Origin: Paraspadella gotoi
Lineage: Eukaryota; Animalia; Chaetognatha
Direction of reading: 5' to 3'
DNA length: 64,000 bases
Assembly (NCBI GenBank): GCA_051294375.1
Contig: JBJCIZ010000239.1
Span: forward strand, 7,068,852-7,132,851
Below the pieces are notes generated by a model. It was not told the DNA's origin. It searched no databases and was given only the letters and a program-made list of their open reading frames with translations. Below are positions 1 to 11,075 of this stretch, one piece after another. A program made the position numbers and the translations under genes. How positions within the stretch are numbered: the stretch's first letter is position 1; every line of letters begins with the position of its first letter.

Positions 1-112
1 CCGATGAAAAAAGTTTTAAATCGGAAAATATAAAGAATCTCATTTTAAACGAAAAATTTCAATAAAAATATCCTTTTCAAATCCTATCCTCTTGAGCCCG
101 ACAACCTTAAAA

Positions 113-158
<46 letters not shown>

Positions 159-886
159 AAGAGAGGCGAGTTTATTATTCAACCTGACGGTTCTTAAGAG
201 CTTTCAGCGAGTGACAAAATGACAAAATGACAAAGGCCCCATAAAGGCGCTGCGAGCGGAGGGCGAAGAAAAAAAAAGAACAACCCCGCGAATGAACAAA
301 AAAAATAGGGCGGGGGCATATAAAAATGAGAAGAGAGCATCCGTCGAACGACAAAAGAGGGCGTAGGACGACAAAAGAACAACGGGATTTAATAAACGAG
401 AAAAAACAGACAAAAGAGCAGCGAGACCGGGTTGACGGCGAGCAGGAAGAGAAAAAAAAAATGAAACTGAGAGCGACGAAGGGGGGGGGGATGGGCACTA
501 TTTTATGGAAGCGACCATTTATTCTAATCCTTAACCTTAAACATTATCCTTAACTTTAGTCACTAATCCTTATCCCTGATTTTTATTCTTAATCCTAAAC
601 CCTAATCCCTCATTTCTTAACCTCAAAGCTTAATCCCTAACCTTAATCCTTGACCTAATTTTTAAAACCTAAAAAATAATTTAATTATGAATTTAAACTG
701 AAATCGGAAACTTTTAGAAAATTGGACCGAAATGAAAAGGGGTTAAGGGTAGTTGTTAAACAGAAATTTGAGAAGGTNNNNNNNNNNNNNNNNNNNNNNN
801 NNNNNNNNNNNNNNNNNNNNNNNNNNNNNNNNNNNNNNNNNNNNNNNNNNNNNNNNNNNNNNNNNNNNNNNNNNNNNNNNNNNNNN

Positions 887-918
<32 letters not shown>

Positions 919-1497
919 TGGGAGGAATGGGGATAAAATAGCAAAAGCACTGGATGATTAATGATTGATAGTAAGGGAAATAATTTTGAACATTTTGTGA
1001 TATTTTGTAATAATTTTTATTTAAAATTTTTAATAATATGCTTTTTATTATTTTTAAATATTTGTTTTATAAATATTATTTTGAGTATAACAATTATTTA
1101 TTCACTTATTCACTTTATTCAACTATTTTTTTATTCTCTTTTTTTGTTTTGTTTTTTTTTCTCATTTTGTTGGTTGAATTTAGATGAGGAAAAGATTGAT
1201 TTTATTATAATAATTTTTTTAATATTGTTACATACAATAACATTTTTATTCTTCATCAGTCAAATTGCCTTTACACTAAAAGAATATAAATGCTATTCAA
1301 AACCTGTATGTAACAATATTAATAAAAATTTGTTGTGAAAAAATCAATCTTTTTCTCATTCTTATAAACTAACTTCATTGCTAATTTATAATCTGAAATT
1401 TGGCGTTTTGGGTAAATAGGGCTTTTTTCTTCATCCTTCTTTCAACGGCTTCCATTTTTTTTCCATCTAAAAATTGAAATCGCCTATTCATGGTGTA

Positions 1498-1536
<39 letters not shown>

Positions 1537-1713
1537 CATTGGAGATGAGGGTTCGCGAGCTGAAGGAGAGGCAGGAGGAAGAGGAAGAGTGAGAGGAGAA
1601 TAAAAAATATATAATCCGAGGTGAAAAAAAGAAGAAATTTTCTCTCGCTTTTTATTTTATAAGAATGCGGGGGGGGGAAAAGAAAAGANNNNNNNNNNNN
1701 NNNNNNNNNNNNN

Positions 1714-1751
<38 letters not shown>

Positions 1752-2235
1752 ATTCTCTCTCTCCCTCCCTCCCTTTACCTTCAACACTAGTTGTGCGTCG
1801 GGTCCAATCCACGTAAGTTGGAATGAAGGATTTCCGGTTACTTTGCCATGGAGGATGAGGGTTCGCGAGCTGCAAGGAGGAGGAGGAGAGAGGAAGAGGA
1901 GGAGGAGAATAAAATATAAATCCGAGGTGAAAAAAGAAAGAAAAATTCTTCTCTCGCTTTTTATTTTATTAAGAATGGCGGGGGGGGGGTGAAAAGAAAG
2001 AAAGAAAAAAAAAAAAAGAAAAGAAAAGAAAAAATAGATAGAATTCTCCTCTCGACCAAGTTAAGGGTTTTTTAAGCAAATAATGAGAGAGATGAAGAGA
2101 AGAGAATAATGGATGGTAGTATAGAGAGAGCAGAGAAGAGAGAGGAGTAGAGAGAGAGAGAGACTTTTTAGAAACGTATTCCGCAAAGAAAATGGAGAGA
2201 AAAATGATAGATTCCTTTACAGAGGTGAGAAAGAG

Positions 2236-2310
2236 AGATAGATAGATAGTAGATAGATAATAGATAGATAGATAGTAGATAGATAATAGTAGATATAGAT
2301 AGATAGATAA
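2236..2310 (+). repeat. (AGAT)n microsatellite; also about 18245-18320, 29582-29675 and inverted 51085-51175
   Basis: Direct reading of gatagataga runs. Confidence 0.95.
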
Positions 2311-2397
2311 AGGAGAAGAGAGAGAGGAGAGATGGAGAGAGACTTGGAAAATGAAGAAAGACGGGAAAATATGCGGGTTGATTTTGGTGGGTTAGGC

Positions 2398-2428
<31 letters not shown>

Positions 2429-2851
2429 GAGAGAGGAGAGGAGAGGAGGAGAGAGCATAAGGACAAGACAGACAGAGAAAGAAAGGAGACAGAGAAAGAA
2501 AGAGAGAGCGAAAGCAAAAAATGGAAAAAAGAAGAAGGGGAGAAAAAAGATATAAATAAATAAATAAAATAAATAAAACTTGAGTTTTTGTAGAATATAC
2601 TGATTTTAATTCACCTTTTAGTTCAATATCTTTTTTTTATTCGTCAATTTTAAGTCTTTTAAAAATTGAAGACTTGTACATTTAATTTTGTTTTCTTTTT
2701 CTTTTTTTCTTCTTTTTTTTACTTTATTTTATTCCCTCTTTTTTTATTTCTCCTTAATTCTCCCCCCTCCCTTAATATTGACGAATTTCCCTTTCACCTT
2801 TTCCGCCGCCGTTCGAGATTAAAAGGAATCGCGTTTCAAGAAGGTGAAATC

Positions 2852-3212
2852 AAAGATGGCGTTGACGGCGACGGCGGGAGAATAAAAGATGGCGTTGATC
2901 GTCGACGGCGGGATAATAAAAGATGCGGAGCAATAAAAAGATGGCGTTGACGTGATGGCGGGAGAATAAAAGATGGCATTGACATCGACAGCGGGAGAAT
3001 AAAGATGGCGGTTGACGTCGGACGGCGGGAAAATAAAAAGATGGCATTGACGTCGACGGCGGGAGAATAAAAGATGGCGTTGACTGTCGATGGCGGGTAG
3101 AGAATAAAAGATGGCGTTGACCGTCGACGGCGGGAAATAAAAAGAATGCATTGACGTCGACGCGGATAATAAAAGATGCGTTGACGTCGATGGCGGGAGA
3201 ATAAAATGGCGA
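2852..3212 (+). repeat. 33-bp minisatellite, consensus AAAGATGGCGTTGACGTCGACGGCGGGAGAATA, about 11 units
   Basis: Tandem units read directly; gives the 11-aa periodic pseudo-ORF VNAIFYSPAVD. Other copies at 30226-30510, 18885-18924 (truncated) and inverted about 50175-50500. Confidence 0.95.
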
Positions 3213-3264
3213 CTTGGATGGAGGAACTTGTTATGTAACTGATAACCCCCACCGACCCTCAGAA

Positions 3265-3680
3265 AAACTAACAAACCAACCAACCAGTCAAACAACACAC
3301 CAAATAACCAACCAAGCCAATCATACCAATCTTACCAACAATTCGATCAATTCGTTCTCTTACTGACCACATTTCAAAAAACCAAACTAACTCACCAATT
3401 AATTCGTTTACCCAACCAACCAATTCAAACAACACATAAACCGATCACCCAACCAACTAACATACTAACAAAACCAACAAGCAATCAAAGCAAGTGACTG
3501 CTACCAACAAAACTAACTACCCACCAACCAATCTAACTCTTTAGTCAACCAACCAAACCAACCAAAACCAACAAAATCAATCAATTAAACTAACCAACCA
3601 ACCAACTTTACTAACAAACTAAGCATTCAACAAAATCAAACCAACCGTCCGAAACCACCAACAATCAACCCATCCCAATC
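3265..3680 (+). repeat. Degenerate (AACC/AATC)n low-complexity tract; also about 30560-30970 and inverted 49670-50000
   Basis: Direct reading. Confidence 0.85.
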
Positions 3681-5124
3681 AACTGGTTGGTTTTTCTCGA
3701 AATAATCAAGAAAAAAAAAATCGTCATGAATTTATAATCGAATTCTCCGTTTACGACGATGGTTGTAGTATCTTCTTTCATTGTCGGCCGTACTGTCGTC
3801 ATCTTTTTCGTCCTCGTCGCCATTTTTCTTTTATCGAAAAATGATGCATAAACATAAAGACTCCTTTCCTTAATTAGTTCTCAGCGAAGTAGCCGCGCCG
3901 CTGCCCGCTGCCACCTGCCACTGCCGCCACACCGCCGCTGCCGCCTTAATATTTTGCTCTAATTATTTTTCCCTAAAAATTTAATCAATCCTTGACCAAA
4001 ACTCTAACCAATTTCCTATCCTAATCCCTAACCCTCCTGCCCTGCCCCTTCAAGTACCCTCACCTAATTGTTCGACTATTAAACAGAAAACTTAATTCCC
4101 GAAAATGGGTCCGCTTTCGGAAAAGAGAACCCACCTTTGGAGTCCCGATCATTTTTATTCCGCTGCGACGACAGGAATACCGAACGTCGTTGCGCCATCG
4201 CGTCCGTTAAAAGTCTTCGTCGAACTTCGGGGTCCCCGCCCGAATTGGCCGTACTTTGACGCCGCTGCGCCGCCGCCGCGGCTGCCCGCGTCGTTCCGGC
4301 CGCCCGCCGCCTTCCAGTCTCAGTGGTTGATGACAGAGCGCTCTTGGCGTCTTTTGCCCGAGCAGACTGCGGGCTCGCAGCGCTATATTCGCCTGGCGGT
4401 GAAAAAAAAAAGGAATAAAATCGTTATTTTTATTTTGTTAGTCTATTTTCTACTCTATCCAATCAAATCTCTCTCTCTCCTCTCACTCTCTCTCTTCTCT
4501 GCTTCATCCCCTCTGCAATATTTGTATCATTTTCATTGGCATGTTTATGACCCTAAACTTTAAACCCAATATTTAAACAGAAAAAAAATGTATTTCAATA
4601 CAAAAATTTTAAAATAAATGAGCGTTCTTGAGAAAAATAAGGCCCATTGTAATTACTAAACGTAAATGTATTTTTCTTACCTAAACCATCCCCCTTCTCC
4701 TTAAAATAAAAGAAAATCTCGACTGTCGGAACAGCCGCTCCGTGCCATCACAAACGACATCGGCAACAGCATTTCTTATACTTCCTCTACTATTTCTCTC
4801 CGTCTCGTTATATTCATTCTTTGCTTTTCTTCCTTTCAAAACTTCTCCTACATACATTTTTAAATGCTACTCTGTTTTCTTCCAATTCTTTCCGACGCCT
4901 TACTTGTCTGCATATCTTCAAAAGACAAAGGGTCTCGGTTTTGTTTTTCGGTTTTTTCTGTTTTTTTTTAATATTTAGCCTAAACTCCCTAACATTGATG
5001 TTGATTTTTAGTAAAAGATTTCAGCTGTAAAGAAATTTAAAGTAAGTCTTTCAAAGGTTCAAACAAAAAAAGAATCTTAAAAAGGAAAAGAAAAATAAAA
5101 TTCTAAAACAATCCAAAAAAAAAC

Positions 5125-5281
5125 AATTAAATAAATAAATAAATAAAAAATAAATAAATAAAAATCAATTAAATAAATCAATTAAATAAATAAATAAAAA
5201 GAAAAAATAAAAAAAATAAAAAAAAATATAATAAATAAATAAATAACATAAAAAATAAAAAAATAAACAAAATAAATATAA

Positions 5282-5313
<32 letters not shown>

Positions 5314-5453
5314 AAATAAAAAAATAAAAAAATAAAATAAATAAAAAAAACTAAATAAATAAATAAAATAAAAAAATAAAAAATTAAAAAATAAATAAAT
5401 AAATAAATAAATCAATCAATCAATCAATAAATCAATAAAATCAATAAATCCAA

Positions 5454-5501
<48 letters not shown>

Positions 5502-5510
5502 AAAAATAAA
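5125..5510 (+). repeat. (AAAT)n tract; also about 32280-32660 and inverted 47940-48320
   Basis: Direct reading; source of the FIYL-repeat pseudo-ORFs. Confidence 0.95.
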
Positions 5511-7593
5511 AACAAAAAAAAAAAAAAAAGAAAATAAATCTCTCCTGACCCAAATCCATCTCGGAGATGTTTTTCTTGAACGAGGACCTCCCTTCCAACG
5601 AATTCGTAAGTGCGGCGTCACCCACATGAATCCGCGGACGAGGATTTCCGGAGGCGATGCACTGGAGGCGAAGCTCGTGCCGGAGGCGGACTTGAAAAGG
5701 GCCTGGGTGGAAGAGGCCGGGGGATTTGAGTGAATTGGATTTGGAATTAGATTTTATTGATTGCATTGATTGATTTGAATCTGATTGATTGATTTGATTT
5801 CGCATTATATGACATTGAAGCTTGGTGCGATTTTGTTCTGCATTATTTTACAATTTAATGTGATTGGTTTATAGTTGGGACAGCGCCAGTGCCAATCAAT
5901 CAAAACAATCAACCGATGCGACTGACCGACCGACTGATCGACCGACAGACAGATTCCAAAGTGACTTATAAAGATTGCTTCGCAACTGAAAAAAAAACAT
6001 TTCGTAATCAGATTTTAATCGTGTCATCGAAAAATATCATTGAAAATTGATAAGGTCGTGATTTGAATCTAGAAACAAATTTCATTTCTATGTTAATATC
6101 GATTTTTTATTATTTTTATTAAAAAAATTTCATTAAAGCTTATAAAAGAAATTCGGAAGGACCTTCTTTCTTGGGCCTAATAATATTCCTTGACCCATTC
6201 GTGCGTTGAGACTGGCCTCCCCCTTAGTTCTGTTTCATAACTTGTGTTTACAGTAAGTTACCAGCTAACCAATTGAGGTGTAAGAAAAACCGTTTTTTAA
6301 TTAGTTTTTGCTTCTACTTTCTCCTTTTCCAAAACTTTAATATTAATTTAAATTATACTTACAATTATCACCAAATCTATTAACCCTAATCCCATTTCCC
6401 TAATCCAAAACCATTATCCCTAATTAAGTAACCCTAATCTCTAACCTTAATCCTAGATCACTGCACCAAATCTCTTATCCAATCACTAGCCTAACTCTTA
6501 ACCTATCTTTTAATTTAAAAAATATTAAATTAATTCTGAATTTTTAAAAAACTGGGGGCTCTCTTTCCAGAGTTTGGTTTGCGTTAAAAAAATTGTCGTT
6601 TTTAGCATCAATATTTTTTTTGGATGTCGTGAGTGGTACAGTGGTCGTGTGTGTGCGGGAAAACGAGGGAGGATATTTCGAAATCGGAAACAATTCGAGA
6701 GGAAATCCCGTCGAGAAAACAATTTATACTTTCATGTCCTCCCAAAAGATTGACTTTTTCACTTTTCGCTCTACTCTCCCGCCCCCCTTGCCCACACCCC
6801 CCTCAATTCCCACAACCCCCTCCATTCAACATCCAAGATCCTCCAACACCCTTCCGTACATCCGCCGGCCCCCCCTACTTTAGAGCGTTTGTAAAAATCT
6901 AAATTTAACTTTAATAAAAATTTTAAAAGTGATGAATGAAACCTTGTACTTCTCTAATCAACTAAAAAATGATTTAATATATTTTTTTTTAAATTATGCA
7001 GTAGCCTACATGTATACCTTATTAATAAACTCTATAATATATTTACAAATTTCAAAATGCGTTATTTCAGTAAAAAAATTAAAAAAAGTCTTTAATTAAG
7101 TCGGTTCCAAAATTCATTTTTAAAAAACTATATATTTTAAGCTGAACAATTTAAATTTTATATGTTGAATTACTGTTTTTAACTTTTTTTAACCCACTAT
7201 AATGTTATTTATTTTCTTTATTAACTTTTGATGAAAAACTTTAAATCTAGCCATAAGAATTAAGCAAAGCCTATTTTGAAATTTTGATGAATATATATGC
7301 CTACTGCCCGAAAAATTTTTAAAAAAAAACATAAAATTCTTTTTTTTTATTAAACTTAATGTCTACTCATGTTCACTAATTAAAAAAAAAAGAAAGAAAA
7401 AGAAAATGAAAGAAAAGATAGAATCTCCTCTCGACCAAGTTGAAGGGTTTTTTAACAAATAATGAGAGAGAGAGAGAAAGAGAGATAGAGAAAGATAGAG
7501 AGAGAGAAAGAGAGAGAGAGTGAGAGAGAGAGAGAGACTTTTTAAAACGTATTCCGCAAAGAAAATGGAGAGAAAAATGAAGAATTTCCTTTA

Positions 7594-7807
7594 ATTATAC
7601 TTAATGTAGAAGATCTAATTGATTACTTAAGTAGGAGATATTAATTTCATTACTTAATTTGTAGGAGATCTAATTGGATTACTAATGTAGGAGATATAAT
7701 TCATTACTTAATGTAGGAGATCTAATTCATTACTTAATGTAGGAGATTTAATTCATTACTTAATGTGGGAGATCAATTCATTACTTAATGTAGGAGATCT
7801 AATTCAT
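7594..7807 (+). repeat. 26-bp minisatellite TTACTTAATGTAGGAGATCTAATTCA, about 8 units (duplicate 18925-19138)
   Basis: Tandem units read directly. Confidence 0.95.
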
Positions 7808-7955
7808 AGATTTTGAAAGACAAGTTTCTTTATTTTGCGCGCCAACCTCATTTATTGTTCAGATTCCTCATCCAACATTACTACTCTATGAATCCACCCT
7901 TTTGACATCCAGAGAATTACGTTTTCGCTAACATTTTCTCCCTTCTCTCTCTCTC

Positions 7956-7986
<31 letters not shown>

Positions 7987-8164
7987 TCTCTCTCTCTCTC
8001 TCTCTCTCTTCTCCTCTCTCTCTCTCCATCCGTCCAAAAAAATGGAATCACGACAAATGGGCTCGACACTGAACTGCGGGCGAAATGGATTTCTTTCAAA
8101 ATTCTTGTTCACTCACAAAAAATTTTTTTTTACCTTTTTCCATCTAAAGTGTCAATTCACGGAA

Positions 8165-8537
8165 ATGGGCGCCTCAAATTTACGCATCTTAAAAAGGCAT
8201 TCTCTCAAATTTACGCATCTCAAAATGGCGTTTCTCTCAAATTGACACAGCTCAAAATGGCATTCTTTAAATTGACGCATCTCAAAAATGGCATTATTTT
8301 AAATTTACCCATCTGAAAATGGCGTTATTTCAAATTGACGCATGCTGAAAATGGCATTATCATCAAATCGACGGCATCTCAAAATGGCGTTCTCTCAAAT
8401 TGACTCATCTCAAAATAACATTCTCTCAAATTGACACATTCTCAAAATGGCGTTCGCTGAAATTAGCGCCTCTAAAACTGGAGTATCTCAAACTGACGCA
8501 TCTCAAAATAGTGTTTTCTCAAATTGACGCATCTCAA
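8165..8537 (+). repeat. About 31-bp minisatellite CTCAAAATGGCGTTCTCTCAAATTGACGCAT, about 12 units (duplicate 19496-19868)
   Basis: Tandem, moderately diverged units read directly. Confidence 0.92.
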
Positions 8538-9057
8538 TCCGCGTGCAGATACGACATTGTTTGACTCAAACTTGTTAACTTTTGGTAACCGAACTTTAAT
8601 ACGCCACAAAAAATGTTACCCTTCGTTTTGCGGGAAACGGATGGGGGACCCGGAAGGGAAAATGTCAAAAATGAAAAAAAAAAAAAAAAAAAAACAGAAA
8701 AAACTAAACCAAATTTTCAATAACCACCCCCAGTGCAAAGTGGGGAAAAATGGAAAACGGAAAAATTTAAAAAATAAATATTTGTAAAACTGACAAAATG
8801 TAAAAAAAAATACTTGACATTTTGGCGAAATTAGAAAAAAAAGGAAAGGGGGGAGCAGAGGGGGAGGAGAGGGGGGAGGAGAGGGAGTGGAGGGGGAGGA
8901 GAGAGGAAGAAGAAGAGGAGAGGAGAGAAGAGAGGAGAGGGGAGAGGAGAGAGAGGAGGAGAGAGAGTGGAGAGGGGTCGAGGGTCGCCGCCCCTTAACT
9001 ACGAGTAGGAACCAACAAGCGGAAACGAAACTCGATGTGATTTTTTAAAAATATATA

Positions 9058-9152
9058 AGTCTGACATTCGAAAGACTGACATTCCGAAGTCTGACATTCC
9101 GGACAGGCTGACATTCTGAAGGCTGACATTCCCAAAAGGCTGACATTCCAAA
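9058..9152 (+). repeat. 15-17-bp minisatellite with core CTGACATTC, 6 units (duplicate 20389-20483)
   Basis: ctgacattc occurs six times in tandem. Confidence 0.92.
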
Positions 9153-9344
9153 AGCCAGGGTCAACGCGGGGAGTGGCAGCAGATTTTATAAAAAGTAGTT
9201 AATGCTGGGTAGCGACTAGCGAGGCTGTATGTGATTTTATGCTGTCCCCCCTTTCTGGGATGGGGGTGGCGTCTCTCAGCGATGTCTCATCACTGGCGGC
9301 AACGCGACATTTGCTGTCGTCCACCCAATCTGGCACTTGGATCG

Positions 9345-9612
9345 GCCGGGCGCCTTGGAATGCCGGGCAGGGGGGGGGTACCACGGGACGGCAGGGCGCC
9401 TTGAACGCAAAGCAGGGCACCATGGCCATTTGGGCTTCATTGGACATAAAGATGGTCAGAGATTGCATAGACACCTTGGCATGGCAAGGATTCTTTGAAT
9501 GGGCAGGCGCCTCGGACGGCACAGCTTCCTGGAATGGTAAACGCGCCTAGGTATAACAAGGCGCCCGGCAAAGCAGGGGCGCCTTAGATCAGCAAGGCGC
9601 CTCGGGACAGCA
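9345..9612 (+). repeat. Degenerate GC-rich tandem repeat with core GCAGGGCGCCTT (duplicate 20676-20943)
   Basis: gggcgcctt/aggcgcc motifs recur at roughly 20-45 bp spacing. Confidence 0.6.
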
Positions 9613-9753
9613 AATTTGGCTTTTTTTTTTTGTCGAACAAAGGTCGCGATACTTTTTGTCAATGAATCGGAATAAAAGCGACTTTGTATGCGGAAGACGA
9701 AAAATGGAGATAATTTGTAAGTCTTGGAAGGAGAAAAGAGAGAGGGAGGAGGG

Positions 9754-9794
<41 letters not shown>

Positions 9795-9902
9795 CGAAAG
9801 AGAGAGAGAGAGAGGAGGAGAGAGAGAGAGAGAGAGACAGAGATTTAAACGAAGCCCCCGACAAGTAACAACACCTGACATGAGAAAAGCGGCAAAAAAA
9901 AA

Positions 9903-9943
<41 letters not shown>
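9903..9943 (+). repeat. (GAC)n microsatellite (duplicate 21234-21274)
   Basis: Direct reading. Confidence 0.97.
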
Positions 9944-9944
<1 letters not shown>

Positions 9945-10150
9945 TTGCGAATTTTACGCACAAAGGAGTCCGTGACAGGAGAAGGCGCTAGTGAAGGGTA
10001 GGGTTCGTGAAGCGTGGATCGAGGGGGGGTGGGGGGGGAAGCCATGGTGTCGAATGTCGTCGGGGCAAAAGGCTAAGTCTGGATTTTTTGAGTGAAGAAG
10101 AGAGAGACGGGGAGAAGAGAGAGGAGCGAAGAGAGAGATGACGAGAAGAG

Positions 10151-10206
<56 letters not shown>

Positions 10207-10306
10207 TGTGTCTGGATCCTCCAGTTCACAATGGCACTGATCGTCGTGGTTCTTCACGTTCAAGAGCGAAGGGTTAATTCGGGAATATTCCTTCTCTTCG
10301 GTAACG

Positions 10307-10455
10307 TTGCTCCTTTGTTTTTTGGTTTTGCTCCTTTGTTTTTTTTTGTTTTGCTCCTTTGTTTTTTTTGTTTTTTTTGTTTTGCTCTTTTGCTTTTTGT
10401 TTGGCTCCTTTTTTTGTTTGCTCCTTTGTTTTTTTTGTTTGCTCCTTTGTTTTAT
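10307..10455 (+). repeat. About 20-bp T-rich minisatellite TTGCTCCTTTGTTTTTTT (duplicate 21638-21786)
   Basis: ttgctcctttg units in tandem; explains the FAPLFF pseudo-ORF. Confidence 0.9.
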
Positions 10456-10771
10456 TCTTTATTGTTTTTGTCTTTTGCCTTTTTTAATATTATCCAATTA
10501 TTTTATCTAATAAATTTATTATTTATTTTATTTCTCATTATAATTAGTTTTTTTTTGTTTTGTCTTTTTTTAAATATATTATTATTTTTTTTTTTAATTT
10601 TTTTTGGTTATTCTTGATTGCTTTTTTTGTTGACCCGAGATCCATCGATGCCAGCTCTATATTTTGAGCTTTTAGCCTTTCGACATTTTTGTTTTATTGT
10701 TTTAATGTATACTCCTTCTTTAATGTCAATGATATCTTACTGTTATTCTATTCCATCTTAAACGCAGAAGA

Positions 10772-10854
<83 letters not shown>

Positions 10855-11019
10855 ATAAAGCATTAATGAGTGTAAGAAAAAAGGTTTATTCGTCCGGAAT
10901 AGTTCCTTATTACTCATATGAGGTCACCGTTCTCCTTTGATTGGCCAGCCCATGAGCCATTGTGCTGGTAGACACACCTCTCTATAACGCTCCTCTTTCT
11001 CTCTCTCTCTTTCTCTCTC

Positions 11020-11064
<45 letters not shown>

Positions 11065-11075
11065 ACTCGACTGAC

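Larger units (their letters stand above)
1779..5702 (-). pseudogene. Redundant, indel-damaged copy of Ig-gene exons b (5550-5702), c (4135-4392) and d (1779-1869)
   Basis: Same splice sites and peptides (GPFQVRL..ELRLQCIASGNPRPRI; KVTGNP..LTWIGPD) as the clean copy but frameshifted. Probably sequencing error rather than a true pseudogene. Confidence 0.7.
1..7380 (+). repeat. Noisy direct copy of segment 27524-34410 (partial third copy at 16193-18924)
   Basis: Starts ccgatgaaaaaagttttaaatcgg as at 16193 and 27524 and stays colinear with 27524-34410 to ...catgttcactaatt. Differences are mostly 1-nt indels. Confidence 0.95.

Noticed and set aside
7594-9152. CRISPR-like look of the 26-, 31- and 16-bp repeats (also the 33-mer)
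   Set aside because: Units are head-to-tail without unique spacers, there are no cas genes, and the context is eukaryotic.
9199-9550. Overlapping 107-aa and 103-aa ORFs
   Set aside because: They overlie a degenerate GGCGCC tandem repeat; no recognisable domain or splice sites.
9955-10300. Exon-like GC-richer patches downstream of exon g
   Set aside because: Splice-like sites on both strands, but no frame gives a recognisable peptide.
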